A stretch of DNA of 64,000 bases from Candidatus Caccopulliclostridium gallistercoris (GTDB lineage Bacteria > Bacillota > Clostridia > Christensenellales > UBA1242). The position numbers were made by a program, and so were the translations under genes. Location: the NCBI GenBank assembly GCA_018713725.1, contig DVOJ01000004.1, positions 19,881 through 83,880 of the forward strand, given 5' to 3'. Below the pieces are notes generated by a model. The model did not search any database, was not told where the DNA came from, and saw only the letters and a program-made list of their open reading frames with translations. Position 1 is the stretch's first letter. Every line of letters begins with the position of its first letter. Below, piece after piece: positions 15,175 to 24,315 of the stretch.

Positions 15175-15325
15175 AACCTTGTCCTTTTAATAAAAAACTT
15201 ATAAGAGTATAATAAAAAAAACAAAAAAAGTAAACATTAAACAACTAATTTTTGAAAAAACTATTAAAAGTTCTGTTTTTGCTTGACAAAAATGCGGGGA
15301 ATTTAGTTTGTATTTTAATTCATTT

Positions 15326-15451
15326 ATGTTAAATATAAAATATGAAGCAATAGAATTAGCAGAAGAATATTATAATAAAAACTTTAAAGAACTTAATGAA
15401 GACATAATAAATAGAGAGTTGAACGGCGAAATTATCCAAAATTTAAAATAA
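15326..15451 (+). CDS. Speculative 41-aa small ORF (MLNIKYEAIELAEEYYNKNFKELNEDIINRELNGEIIQNLK)
   Basis: ATG..TAA in an otherwise empty 345-bp intergenic region. No SD. Predicted helical, charged. Confidence 0.2.
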   Translation: MLNIKYEAIELAEEYYNKNFKELNEDIINRELNGEIIQNLK

Positions 15452-15520
15452 GGTGCATATTTTTTCAACCTTTTTTCAATTTCATTTGTTTTTTTGTGGC
15501 TTTGGTGGTAAACTAATGCC

Positions 15521-16873
15521 GTGACTAATCCGGAAAAAACTAAAAAACATAAAACTTTATATCAAGTTCTTGGCATAATTGGGGATATTATCTTTATCCC
15601 TATTATTTTAATAGCCCTTGTTTCTAGCTCGGCTATGTTCGTGGCTAGAAGCCAAAACGCTATGCCTAGCATTTTTGGCGTTTCACTTGGCTTTGTGGCG
15701 TCGGAAAGTATGGAGCCTAGCGGGTTTATGAAGGGCGACGTTGTGTTTTTAGTTAAATGTGACCCCTATACATTAAAAGTAGGTACACCAGACGATATAG
15801 AAGACGAACTTGGTGATGTGATTGCCTTTTATCAGTATTCAGACCCGGCGGATTCTAGGCTTGGCTTAACAAGAGTAGATGATAGCGAAGTTTTAACAGC
15901 TCCGGACCCTAGCGAAATAGACCCAGAACTTGCAAATAGTAGGGTGAGTGTAAGTAACCTTCCAGATAACGTAAGAATTGTTTTCCACGAAGTAGTGGGT
16001 AGATATGTTGATAGCGACGGCACACTGTTTTTACAGACTAAGGGAACGGGAAACACAAACGAAGACGTTGTTAAGGTTAGAGCGGATTACGTGCTTGGCA
16101 AATACACATATACTCCAAATTGGCTAAGAGCGACTTTTAGGTTTTGTGCGTCACAAATTGGCATGATAATTTTAGTTGTTTTACCACTTGGAATTTTAAT
16201 TCTTTTTGAATGTTTTAGCTTAATTGAACAGGCAAACAACATGATGATAGAAAAAGCGGTAATTCAAGGAAAGCTTAGGTATAACGACCCGGATAGCATT
16301 AAGGCTAACGTTGGAATTGAAATGAACGACGTGGAAAAAGTGCGGTTCTACGCGCTGGCGGCGGAAGAAGATAAGGAAGGCGTTCAAGACTTTTTGTGGA
16401 AATATCTAGAAGACGGCGACAAAAGCGAAAAGGAAGAATACGAATTTGTTAAAAAGGCGTTAGATGCCTATAAAATAAATCCGGAAATATATTTTGATAT
16501 GTGGACGGAGCATATAAAGGGTAAGAAAAACAAAGAAAAATTAAAAGCTTACAGAGAAGAATGGCGAGTTAAGAATAATATAGCAAATAAAGAAAATCAT
16601 TTAATTAAACAAGGAGAAACACTTGGAAAAGAAAACAGAGAAGACAGCTCTTCCCAAGAAACCACCAAAGAGGCCGGAGCAAACAAAGAAGACAAGCGCC
16701 CAAGAAGAAAAGAAAGAGCAACAAGTGAAAGCGGCGCAAGCGAACAAAACGCAACCGAGCAAGAAGCAAACGCCGAAGTCGGCAGCGCAAGTAGCAACGC
16801 AAACAAGCAAGGCGAAAACAGCCAAAACTCAAAGCTCCCAAAAAGACCAAAAAAGCCAGAAGAGCCTAAGTGA
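15521..16873 (+). CDS. SipW/archaeal-type (S26B) signal peptidase I with an about 210-aa extra C-terminal domain and a low-complexity tail
   Basis: GTG start. N-terminal TM helix. Catalytic SESMEP, FHEVVG (His) and TKGTGNTNED..GK boxes. A second TM helix (MIILVVLPLGILILF) is followed by a conserved cytoplasmic region shared with the next gene. Confidence 0.75.
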   Translation: MTNPEKTKKHKTLYQVLGIIGDIIFIPIILIALVSSSAMFVARSQNAMPSIFGVSLGFVASESMEPSGFMKGDVVFLVKCDPYTLKVGTPDDIEDELGDVIAFYQYSDPADSRLGLTRVDDSEVLTAPDPSEIDPELANSRVSVSNLPDNVRIVFHEVVGRYVDSDGTLFLQTKGTGNTNEDVVKVRADYVLGKYTYTPNWLRATFRFCASQIGMIILVVLPLGILILFECFSLIEQANNMMIEKAVIQGKLRYNDPDSIKANVGIEMNDVEKVRFYALAAEEDKEGVQDFLWKYLEDGDKSEKEEYEFVKKALDAYKINPEIYFDMWTEHIKGKKNKEKLKAYREEWRVKNNIANKENHLIKQGETLGKENREDSSSQETTKEAGANKEDKRPRRKERATSESGASEQNATEQEANAEVGSASSNANKQGENSQNSKLPKRPKKPEEPK

Positions 16874-17987
16874 AATTAATGAAAGTGCGCAAAAGCAGCC
16901 TAAAAAGAAGCAAAGGACGTTTTATTCTCTCCTTGGCTTAATTTCAGACTGCATAATTATTCCCGTAATAATTATAGCGTTATTTTCAAGTTTCATACTC
17001 TATTCAAACCAAAGAAAGAACGACGTTAAAAGCGTGTTCGGTGTATCAATAGCTGCAATTCAAAGCCCAAGTATGACGAAGGGGGGCTTTCAGGTTGGAG
17101 ATATAGTTATAATTAACCGTACAAACACAGATAACCTTCGCCCTAAAAGCAGCACCTATGAAGGAGATATTATTGCCTTTTACTACGAAAACGCAGACAG
17201 AAACGTTACTAAAACGCTAATTACAGATTTTGATAACTATGTAGAACCAGATATTCCAGAAGAAAGCATGCCTAAAAGAGATAATAAGGAAGACCTATTA
17301 GACGAGTACACAAGAATTTATTTTCATAGAGTTGTAGGAGTATATGTAGACGAAGCTACAGGAATTAGGTATTTTGAAACTAAAGGTGATAGTAATAACA
17401 GTGCTGATCCTTATAAAATCCGTGAAGATTTAGTAGTTGGTAAATATGTAAACACGCCTATGTGGGTGAGAAGCATATTCAAATTTTGCGCAAGCGGGCT
17501 TGGCATGATTATACTTGTAATTTTGCCGCTTACAATTCTTATATTTATGCAGATGTTAAGCTTACTTGAACAGGTCAGCGCGCTCATGACGGAAAGAAAG
17601 GTTGTTATGGGGCAAATGAACTTTGATAACGAAGAGTCTATAAAGGTAAACGTGGGCTACGAAATGCGCGATTTTGATAAAATATACTTCTACGACGTCT
17701 CGCCGGAAGAAAACAAGGCACAAGTTCGCGACTTTTTGTGGGTTTATCCGGAAAATGTGAAAGTTTCTAAAAAGCAACGCTCTCATTTAAAGGCTGTGGA
17801 TATTGCGCTTGATATATACGATAAAAAGGGCGCAAGAGAATATTGGAATTATTGGAAAAGCTATTATAAAGGCAGGCACAAGGAGAAAATTAAACTTCTT
17901 AGCTACGTTGCCCTATACGTTAAGGGCGGACGAACTTACGAAGATGCATTAAAACTTGCAAAATTAGACGTAAAGAAGTATAATTAA
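16623..17987 (+). CDS. Paralogous SipW-type signal peptidase I with the same C-terminal domain; start codon uncertain
   Basis: SPSMTKG, FHRVVG and TKGDSNNSADP..GK. The TTG start at 16623 would overlap the upstream gene by 251 nt. There is no in-frame ATG before the TM helix (LLGLISDCIIIPVIIIALF). Confidence 0.7.
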   Translation: MEKKTEKTALPKKPPKRPEQTKKTSAQEEKKEQQVKAAQANKTQPSKKQTPKSAAQVATQTSKAKTAKTQSSQKDQKSQKSLSEINESAQKQPKKKQRTFYSLLGLISDCIIIPVIIIALFSSFILYSNQRKNDVKSVFGVSIAAIQSPSMTKGGFQVGDIVIINRTNTDNLRPKSSTYEGDIIAFYYENADRNVTKTLITDFDNYVEPDIPEESMPKRDNKEDLLDEYTRIYFHRVVGVYVDEATGIRYFETKGDSNNSADPYKIREDLVVGKYVNTPMWVRSIFKFCASGLGMIILVILPLTILIFMQMLSLLEQVSALMTERKVVMGQMNFDNEESIKVNVGYEMRDFDKIYFYDVSPEENKAQVRDFLWVYPENVKVSKKQRSHLKAVDIALDIYDKKGAREYWNYWKSYYKGRHKEKIKLLSYVALYVKGGRTYEDALKLAKLDVKKYN

Positions 17988-18003
17988 ATTAGAGGTGAAA
18001 ATT

Positions 18004-18786
18004 ATGGCTGTAATTGAAACGTTAACGGTAATGGAAAAAGAAACAAAACTTGTAGACAACGAGATTTCAGTTATTATTATGCTTGAAAAGAAGTTTGGCG
18101 AGTTTATGAAATCTTACGACCTTAAAATTTGGGGGAAGAAGATGTGGGAATGGGTAGCGCTCGCTTGCGACGGTTACATGATTAAAACTATTCCTTGCAC
18201 TCCGGAGTCCGACGTTTTAACGCTTATAAAGCCGCTTCTTACGGAAAGCAAGTATACCGTAGTGCTTTACTCCGACACACCGCTATTTAAAAGACAAACC
18301 TTAAACGAAATCATGACGTACGTACGTCAGCGCGACTTAAACGTTTTGCCCTTAAAGCGTGGCTATGTTTTCAACACAAATTATATTCGTGCGGCGGAAA
18401 GTATTCGCGCGCTCGTTCAAGAGGATTTCGGAACAGATGACTTTACAGTTGTGGAAGACTATGCCGGGCTTAGCAAAGTTTCTAGAATTTTAAAAAATAG
18501 GATTATAAGTTTTCATCTAGCAAGCGGCGTTCAAATTTGTGACACTTCAAGCACATTTATAGATGCCGACGTTATGATAGAAAAAGGCACTGTTTTAGAG
18601 CCGAACACCTACATTAAAGGCGCAAGCTTTATAGGTAAAAATTGCCATATAGAGTTTGGCAGCGTTATAGAAAATAGCATAATATCAGATGAATGTATAA
18701 TTAAAAGTTCGTATATTTCAGAAAGTAGAATTTCTGAAAAAACCGTAGTTGGACCATACGAAAGCGTGGTGGCTAAATCTAGTTGA
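18004..18786 (+). CDS. Degenerate, truncated GlmU-like protein (nucleotidyltransferase fold plus short left-handed beta-helix)
   Basis: YSDTPL aligns with GlmU CGDTPL. RIISFHLASGVQICDTSSTFIDADVMIEKGTVLEPNTYIKG aligns with the GlmU linker/LbH start. The LAAGxGTRM site is replaced by IMLEKKFGEFM. It occupies the position usual for glmU upstream of pth-mfd. Start set at ATG 18004 (SD gaggtg). Confidence 0.55.
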   Translation: MAVIETLTVMEKETKLVDNEISVIIMLEKKFGEFMKSYDLKIWGKKMWEWVALACDGYMIKTIPCTPESDVLTLIKPLLTESKYTVVLYSDTPLFKRQTLNEIMTYVRQRDLNVLPLKRGYVFNTNYIRAAESIRALVQEDFGTDDFTVVEDYAGLSKVSRILKNRIISFHLASGVQICDTSSTFIDADVMIEKGTVLEPNTYIKGASFIGKNCHIEFGSVIENSIISDECIIKSSYISESRISEKTVVGPYESVVAKSS

Positions 18787-18796
18787 AGAAGGGCAT

Positions 18797-19330
18797 ATGT
18801 TTTTAGTAGTAGGGCTTGGGAATCCAGAAAAAAAATATTTTAACACCTATCACAACATAGGCTTTTTAACTGTGGATAAATTAGCAGAAAAACTTGGCGT
18901 AAAGTTTTCTAAAACGTATTCAAAAGCAAGTGTAGCGGAAGGGGTTTTAAACGGAGAAAAAGTAATCTTAGCTAAGCCTAAAACGTATATGAACTTGTCT
19001 GGGGCTAGCGTGCAATCTTTTAAAAATAAGTTTAAGCTTAAAAATAATCAAATACTTGTTGTGGTCGATGATATAGACCTTCCAAAAGGCACGTTTAGAT
19101 ATCGCGAAGCAGGAAGCGCAGGCACGCATAACGGCATGAGAAGTATTGTTCAAAATATTGGCTCAGATTTTAAAAGGGTTAGAATTGGCATTAAGCCGGA
19201 AATAAAACCCTTGGACCTAGCGGACTACGTGCTTTCTGATATGGATAAGGAAATAAGAGAAGTTTTAGATAGCGTAATAGATGCGGCAGCGAACTACATT
19301 TTAGAGCATATAGAGGGGCTAAAAAAGTGA
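18797..19330 (+). CDS. pth: Peptidyl-tRNA hydrolase
   Basis: MFLVVGLGNPEKKYFNTYHNIGF, VVVDDIDLP and GTHNGMRS. Start set at ATG 18797. Confidence 0.93.
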   Translation: MFLVVGLGNPEKKYFNTYHNIGFLTVDKLAEKLGVKFSKTYSKASVAEGVLNGEKVILAKPKTYMNLSGASVQSFKNKFKLKNNQILVVVDDIDLPKGTFRYREAGSAGTHNGMRSIVQNIGSDFKRVRIGIKPEIKPLDLADYVLSDMDKEIREVLDSVIDAAANYILEHIEGLKK

Positions 19331-22300
19331 ACTTAGAATTGTTACTTAAAAGTAATGAACTTTCAAGTTTTCTAAAAAATTTGGAAGAAGGTAAAAAACA
19401 ATGCCTTTTTGGGCTTAATGCACCAGAAAAAGGCATATTTTTTTCTTTGGCAAAACGCGGAATTTTCGTGGCGTCAGATTTAGTGACGGCGGAAAAAATT
19501 TCAGCGGAAGCCTCAGCGCTCGGGCTTGAAAATAAAATTTTAACTTCATCTTTTACAAACCTTTTCGGCATTAAAGATAATTCTACTTTTTACGACTTTA
19601 TTACAGTAATTCTAGACTTTTTAACCGGCAAACTAAACGGGCTAATTGTGCTTCCGGAAGTTTTATTTGAACGCGTTCCAAGTGAAGAAGAACTTTTAAG
19701 TTCTATTATAAAGTTAAATAGCAAACTAACCTTTGATAAACTAATAAAGCTTCTTATTGAAAACGGCTACACGCGCGTTGAACAGCCGTCTAGAAAGGGG
19801 CAGTTTTCCGTAAGGGGAGATATCATAGACATTTGGAGCGTGCAAAACTCCGAGCTTATTCGCGCCATGTATTTTGGCGACGATTTAGAAAAGCTTCAAC
19901 TAGTAAGCTCCGACGACTTTTCTTTAATTGAAGAACTTGAACATGTGGACATATATCCAGCTGTGCTTAAAAATTTAACTAAATTTAATATTTTAAGTTT
20001 TAACACCAATATTTTTTACGACGAGCCTAAAAAACTTGTAAGTGAAGCGGAAAATTTCGACGCAAGCTTAGGGGAAGACAAAAAGCTTTTTCTTTCTATA
20101 AACGACGTATTTAAAAGCCAAAACTCTTCCTTAACGTCATTTAATAACTTACTTTCTCAAACTAACTTTTTTAAAGCGGATAGCGTTATAAACTTTAAAA
20201 CGTCTAGCCCTAAAAAGTATCTTTTCGATTATAGAGAACTAGTTAAAGATATAAACATTTTCGTGCGCGGCGGCTATAAGGTAAGCCTATTTTGCGGCTC
20301 GGAAAATAATAAGGAAAAGCTAGAAAAGTTTCTCTTAGAAAATAATATCCATTCAGTAAAAGAAGACCATTTAGACGCAGGTGTAAGGCTGTTTTCAAAC
20401 TATTTGCCGCACTCTGCATGGCTACTTAGCCTAGATAGCATAATTATAGGAACGGACGATTTATACAAAAAGAACATAACAAAAACCAGCAAAAAACAAA
20501 AGGTATTCTATACTCCAAAGGTTGGCGACTACGTAGTTCATGAGCTGCACGGCGTAGGCAAGTGTATCGCGCTTACAAGAATGAAGCTTTCCGACGTTGA
20601 AAAGGACTATTTTGTTATAGAATATGCAGGCGGTGACAAGTTCTATTTGCCAAGTGAGCAAGCCGGCTCTATTTCTGCGTTTTTAGGCTCAGATACCGCA
20701 CCAAAGCTAAATAAGCTTGGCGGCGCAGAGTTTGAAAGAATTAAAGAAAAGGTATATAAAAACGTAAAAGAACTAGCAATAAACTTGCTTGAACTATACT
20801 CTGAAAGAGAGAAACAAAAGGGCTATAAATACACGGAAGGCGGCTATTTGTATGATATGTTTGAGCAGGCTTTTGAGTTTGAAGAGACGGAAGACCAACT
20901 AAGCGCTGTAAATGACGTTATTTCCGATATGGAAAAGGGCAAGGTTATGGATAGGCTTATATGCGGCGACGTTGGCTATGGCAAAACGGAAGTTGCATTA
21001 AGGGCAATTTATAAAGCCATAATAAACGGCAAACAAGTGGCATTTTTGTGCCCTACAACAATTCTTGCCGAGCAGCATTTTGCCACTGCCAAAAAGCGTT
21101 TTGAAAGCTTTATGGTAAGGCTTGCTAAACTAAATAGATTAGTTCCAGAGCCGCAAGTTAAGGAAATTAAGAAGAAAATTGCAACCGGCGAAGTAGACCT
21201 TGTAATTGGCACGCATAAGCTTTTAGCAAACGACGTTGCCTTTAAAGATTTAGGGCTACTTGTGCTCGACGAAGAACAGCGCTTTGGCGTTGGGGACAAG
21301 GAAAAAATAAAGGCGTTAAAAAAGGATATAGACGTTTTAACGCTCAGCGCAACACCTATTCCTAGAACGCTTCATATGTCACTTTCCGGCATTAGAGATA
21401 TTAGCATTATTGAAACGCCGCCAAAGGAAAGGCTTCCTATTCAAACCTTTGTAGTGGAACAGTCCGAAGAACTTATTGTGGACGCGTGCAAAAAGGAACT
21501 TGCGCGAAATGGGCAAATTTTAATAGTTTACAATAGAGTAGAAACTATTTACGACTTTTCAAGCCGCATTAAAGAACTACTTCCAGACGTAAAAATAGGC
21601 GTGGCACACGGAAAACTTCCACAAAAAATGTTAGAAGATACCATTTTAAAGCTATATAACGGAGATTTCCAAATTTTAATTGCAACTACGCTAATTGAAA
21701 ACGGTGTAGATTTACCGCTAGCTAACACGCTTATCGTTATAGATTCGGATAAACTCGGGCTTTCTCAGCTCTATCAACTTCGCGGGCGAATTGGCAGAAG
21801 TAATAGGCTTGCCTACGCTTATTTTACCTTTAACGGCAACAAAGTGCTTACTGAGCAGGCGTATAAAAGGCTAGAAGCTATAATGGAGTTCACGGACCTT
21901 GGCAGCGGCTTTAAAATAGCTATGCGAGATTTGGAAATTCGCGGAGCTGGAAACGTGCTTGGCAAAGAGCAGCACGGTCATATGGAAAAAGTGGGCTACG
22001 ATATGTATTGTAAGCTACTTCAAGACGCTGTAAAAGAACTTAAAGGGGAAAAGGTTAAAGAAAAGAAAGAGATTAAAATGGACGTTGCACTCAGCGCCTT
22101 CATTCCAGAAGACTATATTTTAAGCGAAGCGGAAAGAATTAGAAGATACAGTGAAATTAGCGAAATTTCCAGCGAAGACGAGCTTTTAAACTTAAAGAGC
22201 GAACTAAAAGAAGGCTACGGAGAGCTTCCAGAAGAAGTGGAGAATATATTAGAAATTGCATTGCTTAAAAATTTATGTCAAAACGAAGACGTCAAACGCG

Positions 22301-22497
22301 TGCTTATAAATAGTCAAACGTGTAAACTGTACCTTTATAAAAAAGATGAAATCATGTCGGAAAGGCTTGCAAAGCTTATAGAAGAAAATAAAGATGTGAC
22401 TGTTTTGAAATTTGAAGACGTGCCAATAATTGAATTAGACCTACATTTAAGCCCGCTAGATAAGGTAAAATGGCTAATAAACCTATTAAAAAATTAA
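19327..22497 (+). CDS. mfd: Transcription-repair coupling factor Mfd
   Basis: GTGA overlap with pth. CarD-like block VGDYVVHELHGVG. Helicase motifs GDVGYGKTEVA, DEEQRFG and QLRGRIGRS. TRCF C-terminal domain. Confidence 0.93.
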   Translation: MNLELLLKSNELSSFLKNLEEGKKQCLFGLNAPEKGIFFSLAKRGIFVASDLVTAEKISAEASALGLENKILTSSFTNLFGIKDNSTFYDFITVILDFLTGKLNGLIVLPEVLFERVPSEEELLSSIIKLNSKLTFDKLIKLLIENGYTRVEQPSRKGQFSVRGDIIDIWSVQNSELIRAMYFGDDLEKLQLVSSDDFSLIEELEHVDIYPAVLKNLTKFNILSFNTNIFYDEPKKLVSEAENFDASLGEDKKLFLSINDVFKSQNSSLTSFNNLLSQTNFFKADSVINFKTSSPKKYLFDYRELVKDINIFVRGGYKVSLFCGSENNKEKLEKFLLENNIHSVKEDHLDAGVRLFSNYLPHSAWLLSLDSIIIGTDDLYKKNITKTSKKQKVFYTPKVGDYVVHELHGVGKCIALTRMKLSDVEKDYFVIEYAGGDKFYLPSEQAGSISAFLGSDTAPKLNKLGGAEFERIKEKVYKNVKELAINLLELYSEREKQKGYKYTEGGYLYDMFEQAFEFEETEDQLSAVNDVISDMEKGKVMDRLICGDVGYGKTEVALRAIYKAIINGKQVAFLCPTTILAEQHFATAKKRFESFMVRLAKLNRLVPEPQVKEIKKKIATGEVDLVIGTHKLLANDVAFKDLGLLVLDEEQRFGVGDKEKIKALKKDIDVLTLSATPIPRTLHMSLSGIRDISIIETPPKERLPIQTFVVEQSEELIVDACKKELARNGQILIVYNRVETIYDFSSRIKELLPDVKIGVAHGKLPQKMLEDTILKLYNGDFQILIATTLIENGVDLPLANTLIVIDSDKLGLSQLYQLRGRIGRSNRLAYAYFTFNGNKVLTEQAYKRLEAIMEFTDLGSGFKIAMRDLEIRGAGNVLGKEQHGHMEKVGYDMYCKLLQDAVKELKGEKVKEKKEIKMDVALSAFIPEDYILSEAERIRRYSEISEISSEDELLNLKSELKEGYGELPEEVENILEIALLKNLCQNEDVKRVLINSQTCKLYLYKKDEIMSERLAKLIEENKDVTVLKFEDVPIIELDLHLSPLDKVKWLINLLKN

Positions 22498-22514
22498 AAT
22501 CTAAACAAAAATTG

Positions 22515-22543
22515 TTGATTTTTTTCTAGATTATGGCTATAAT
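22515..22543 (+). promoter_or_regulatory. Promoter TTGATT-17-TATAAT
   Basis: ttgatt at 22515-22520, tataat at 22538-22543. Confidence 0.5.
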
Positions 22544-22572
22544 GTTTTGGTACGCATTGAACAAGGAGAATT

Positions 22573-24243
22573 ATGAAGAAATTTTTATCACTAGCTTTTA
22601 TATGTTTAATAAGTTTTTCCTTTATACTTACTGGGTGTAATTTATTTCCAACCAATCAAGCAAACTACCTTAGCGCACCAATAGTTACATTCCAAACGGC
22701 AGAAGGGGAAAATATTAAAATAGATAAGGAAGATTTAATAACCGCTTTTAACTCTTACGGAGCAGAGCTTGTTAATAGCTACGGTTATTCAATTCAAGAC
22801 GCCATAGACGCGACTATTGAAGTGCTAATAAACCGCGAAGTTATGCTACTTGAAGCTGAAAGAACAATAACTCTTGGAAACGGCGATTTAAACGAAATTT
22901 GGGACGACGCCTACGACACGATTATTTCCAACCTTTCCACTTACGAAGAACTTGTTATAGAGCAGTGGAAACTAAATGTTCCATCTACGCTAGATGAAGA
23001 AGAAGAGAGTGAAACAGCTTACACACCTTACAAACCGCAAGCAGAAATAGTTTTACAAGACGGTAAATATGTAATTAAGCTTTTAAACACAAACACTAGC
23101 ACAGACCAAAACGTTGACCTTTACTATAATGAAGGCGAAGAGATAACATCGCTTGTAAAGACTGTAAATGATAGGTTAAATAATTCTGCCAACAAAGACG
23201 TTTTAACGGAAGCTAAAAGGCAATATGTAGAAGCTTTAAAGGAAAGTGAAGAAGGAAGAAACCTTTCCACGAATTCCGACGAAGTGTTTGCAAGAGAAGT
23301 TGAAAGAATCTACGAAGCTGTAAAGGATAATAAATATATTGAACTTTATAGCGAAAAACTTCAAGGCGACAACGATATTTCTAATATCACGTTAAGCCAA
23401 GTGCTTAGAAAGCTTACAGCTGATATGCTTTCAAGCTATACCAAATACACATTAAACGCAACACAATTTGATACGGACATGCTAGATAGCAGAGAAAACG
23501 TAGATTACGTTGTAAACAATAATTATTTCTATGTTAATCATATATTACTTAAATATGATGAAAGCTCTACAACTTATTTAGACGAATTAGAAACCTTGTA
23601 TAAAAATGGAACAATATCAGAAAAAGCTTATAACGATGCACTAGAAGTTGAAGCGGAAAAAATTAAAGCTACAAACATTCAAACTGGCAAAGAAACAAAC
23701 TTGTCACCAATGGATATTTATGACGAACTTGTTGGGCTTATGACGGGTAAATCCGACGAAGCTAAAACTCAGATTTTTAAAGACCATATCTACACATACA
23801 ACGAAGATACTGGTAATATGAACGCAGATTACTGCTATGTTATTGGAAAAGATTCAAGTAGAATGGTGGACACCTTTACAGAAACTTCACGCAAACTTTG
23901 GGACAACGGCAAAGGTGAGTACGGCGCTATTGATTACTGCGTTTCAGAGTACGGCGTGCACATAATCTTCTACGCTGGCCCAGTTACAAACGCTTTTACA
24001 ATTTCAGACCCAGACAACTTCAATTTAAATACAGACAACATGGACGAACTTACTGAAATTGTAAACACACTTAAAAACACCTATTTAAACGCGTTCAACA
24101 ATAAAACGCTTTTCGATAAGGTATACGAAGAACTTGCAACAGACAGTTACACAATTTTTGAAACAATGAACTTAGACGTTTTAAAGAAGGAAATTAAAAA
24201 TCTAACCATTCATATTTCAAATTATCAAGATTTATTAGGATAA
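22573..24243 (+). CDS. Lipoprotein, PrsA/SurA-like foldase candidate (parvulin-like C-terminal region)
   Basis: Lipobox LTGC. SEYGVHIIFYAGP resembles the parvulin G-x-H-I-I block. A peptidyl-prolyl isomerase lipoprotein commonly follows mfd in Clostridia. Confidence 0.5.
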   Translation: MKKFLSLAFICLISFSFILTGCNLFPTNQANYLSAPIVTFQTAEGENIKIDKEDLITAFNSYGAELVNSYGYSIQDAIDATIEVLINREVMLLEAERTITLGNGDLNEIWDDAYDTIISNLSTYEELVIEQWKLNVPSTLDEEEESETAYTPYKPQAEIVLQDGKYVIKLLNTNTSTDQNVDLYYNEGEEITSLVKTVNDRLNNSANKDVLTEAKRQYVEALKESEEGRNLSTNSDEVFAREVERIYEAVKDNKYIELYSEKLQGDNDISNITLSQVLRKLTADMLSSYTKYTLNATQFDTDMLDSRENVDYVVNNNYFYVNHILLKYDESSTTYLDELETLYKNGTISEKAYNDALEVEAEKIKATNIQTGKETNLSPMDIYDELVGLMTGKSDEAKTQIFKDHIYTYNEDTGNMNADYCYVIGKDSSRMVDTFTETSRKLWDNGKGEYGAIDYCVSEYGVHIIFYAGPVTNAFTISDPDNFNLNTDNMDELTEIVNTLKNTYLNAFNNKTLFDKVYEELATDSYTIFETMNLDVLKKEIKNLTIHISNYQDLLG

Positions 24244-24267
24244 GCTAAGGCTTATCCTTTATTTTTT
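24238..24267 (+). terminator. Rho-independent terminator overlapping the stop codon
   Basis: ggataagc-taag-gcttatcc followed by tttatttttt. Confidence 0.8.
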
Positions 24268-24278
24268 AAATAAAAGCT

Positions 24279-24307
24279 TTGACAAGGCGTGCAATATTTG
24301 CTATTAT
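24279..24307 (+). promoter_or_regulatory. Promoter TTGACA-17-TATTAT ending 8 nt before ATG 24316 (leaderless candidate)
   Basis: ttgaca at 24279-24284, tattat at 24302-24307. No SD. Confidence 0.5.
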
Positions 24308-24315
24308 AGAAATTA

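Noticed and set aside
16597-16850. Three overlapping minus-strand ORFs (69-81 aa)
   Set aside because: They are by-products of the T-depleted plus strand (hence an A-depleted minus strand and no stop codons). Their products are Leu/Cys/Phe/Arg-rich nonsense.
16849-16855. A-AAA-AAG heptamer in the zero frame of the first peptidase gene as a -1 frameshift site joining the two peptidase ORFs
   Set aside because: The -1 frame hits TAA after six codons. The second gene is in the +1 frame, so this heptamer cannot fuse them.
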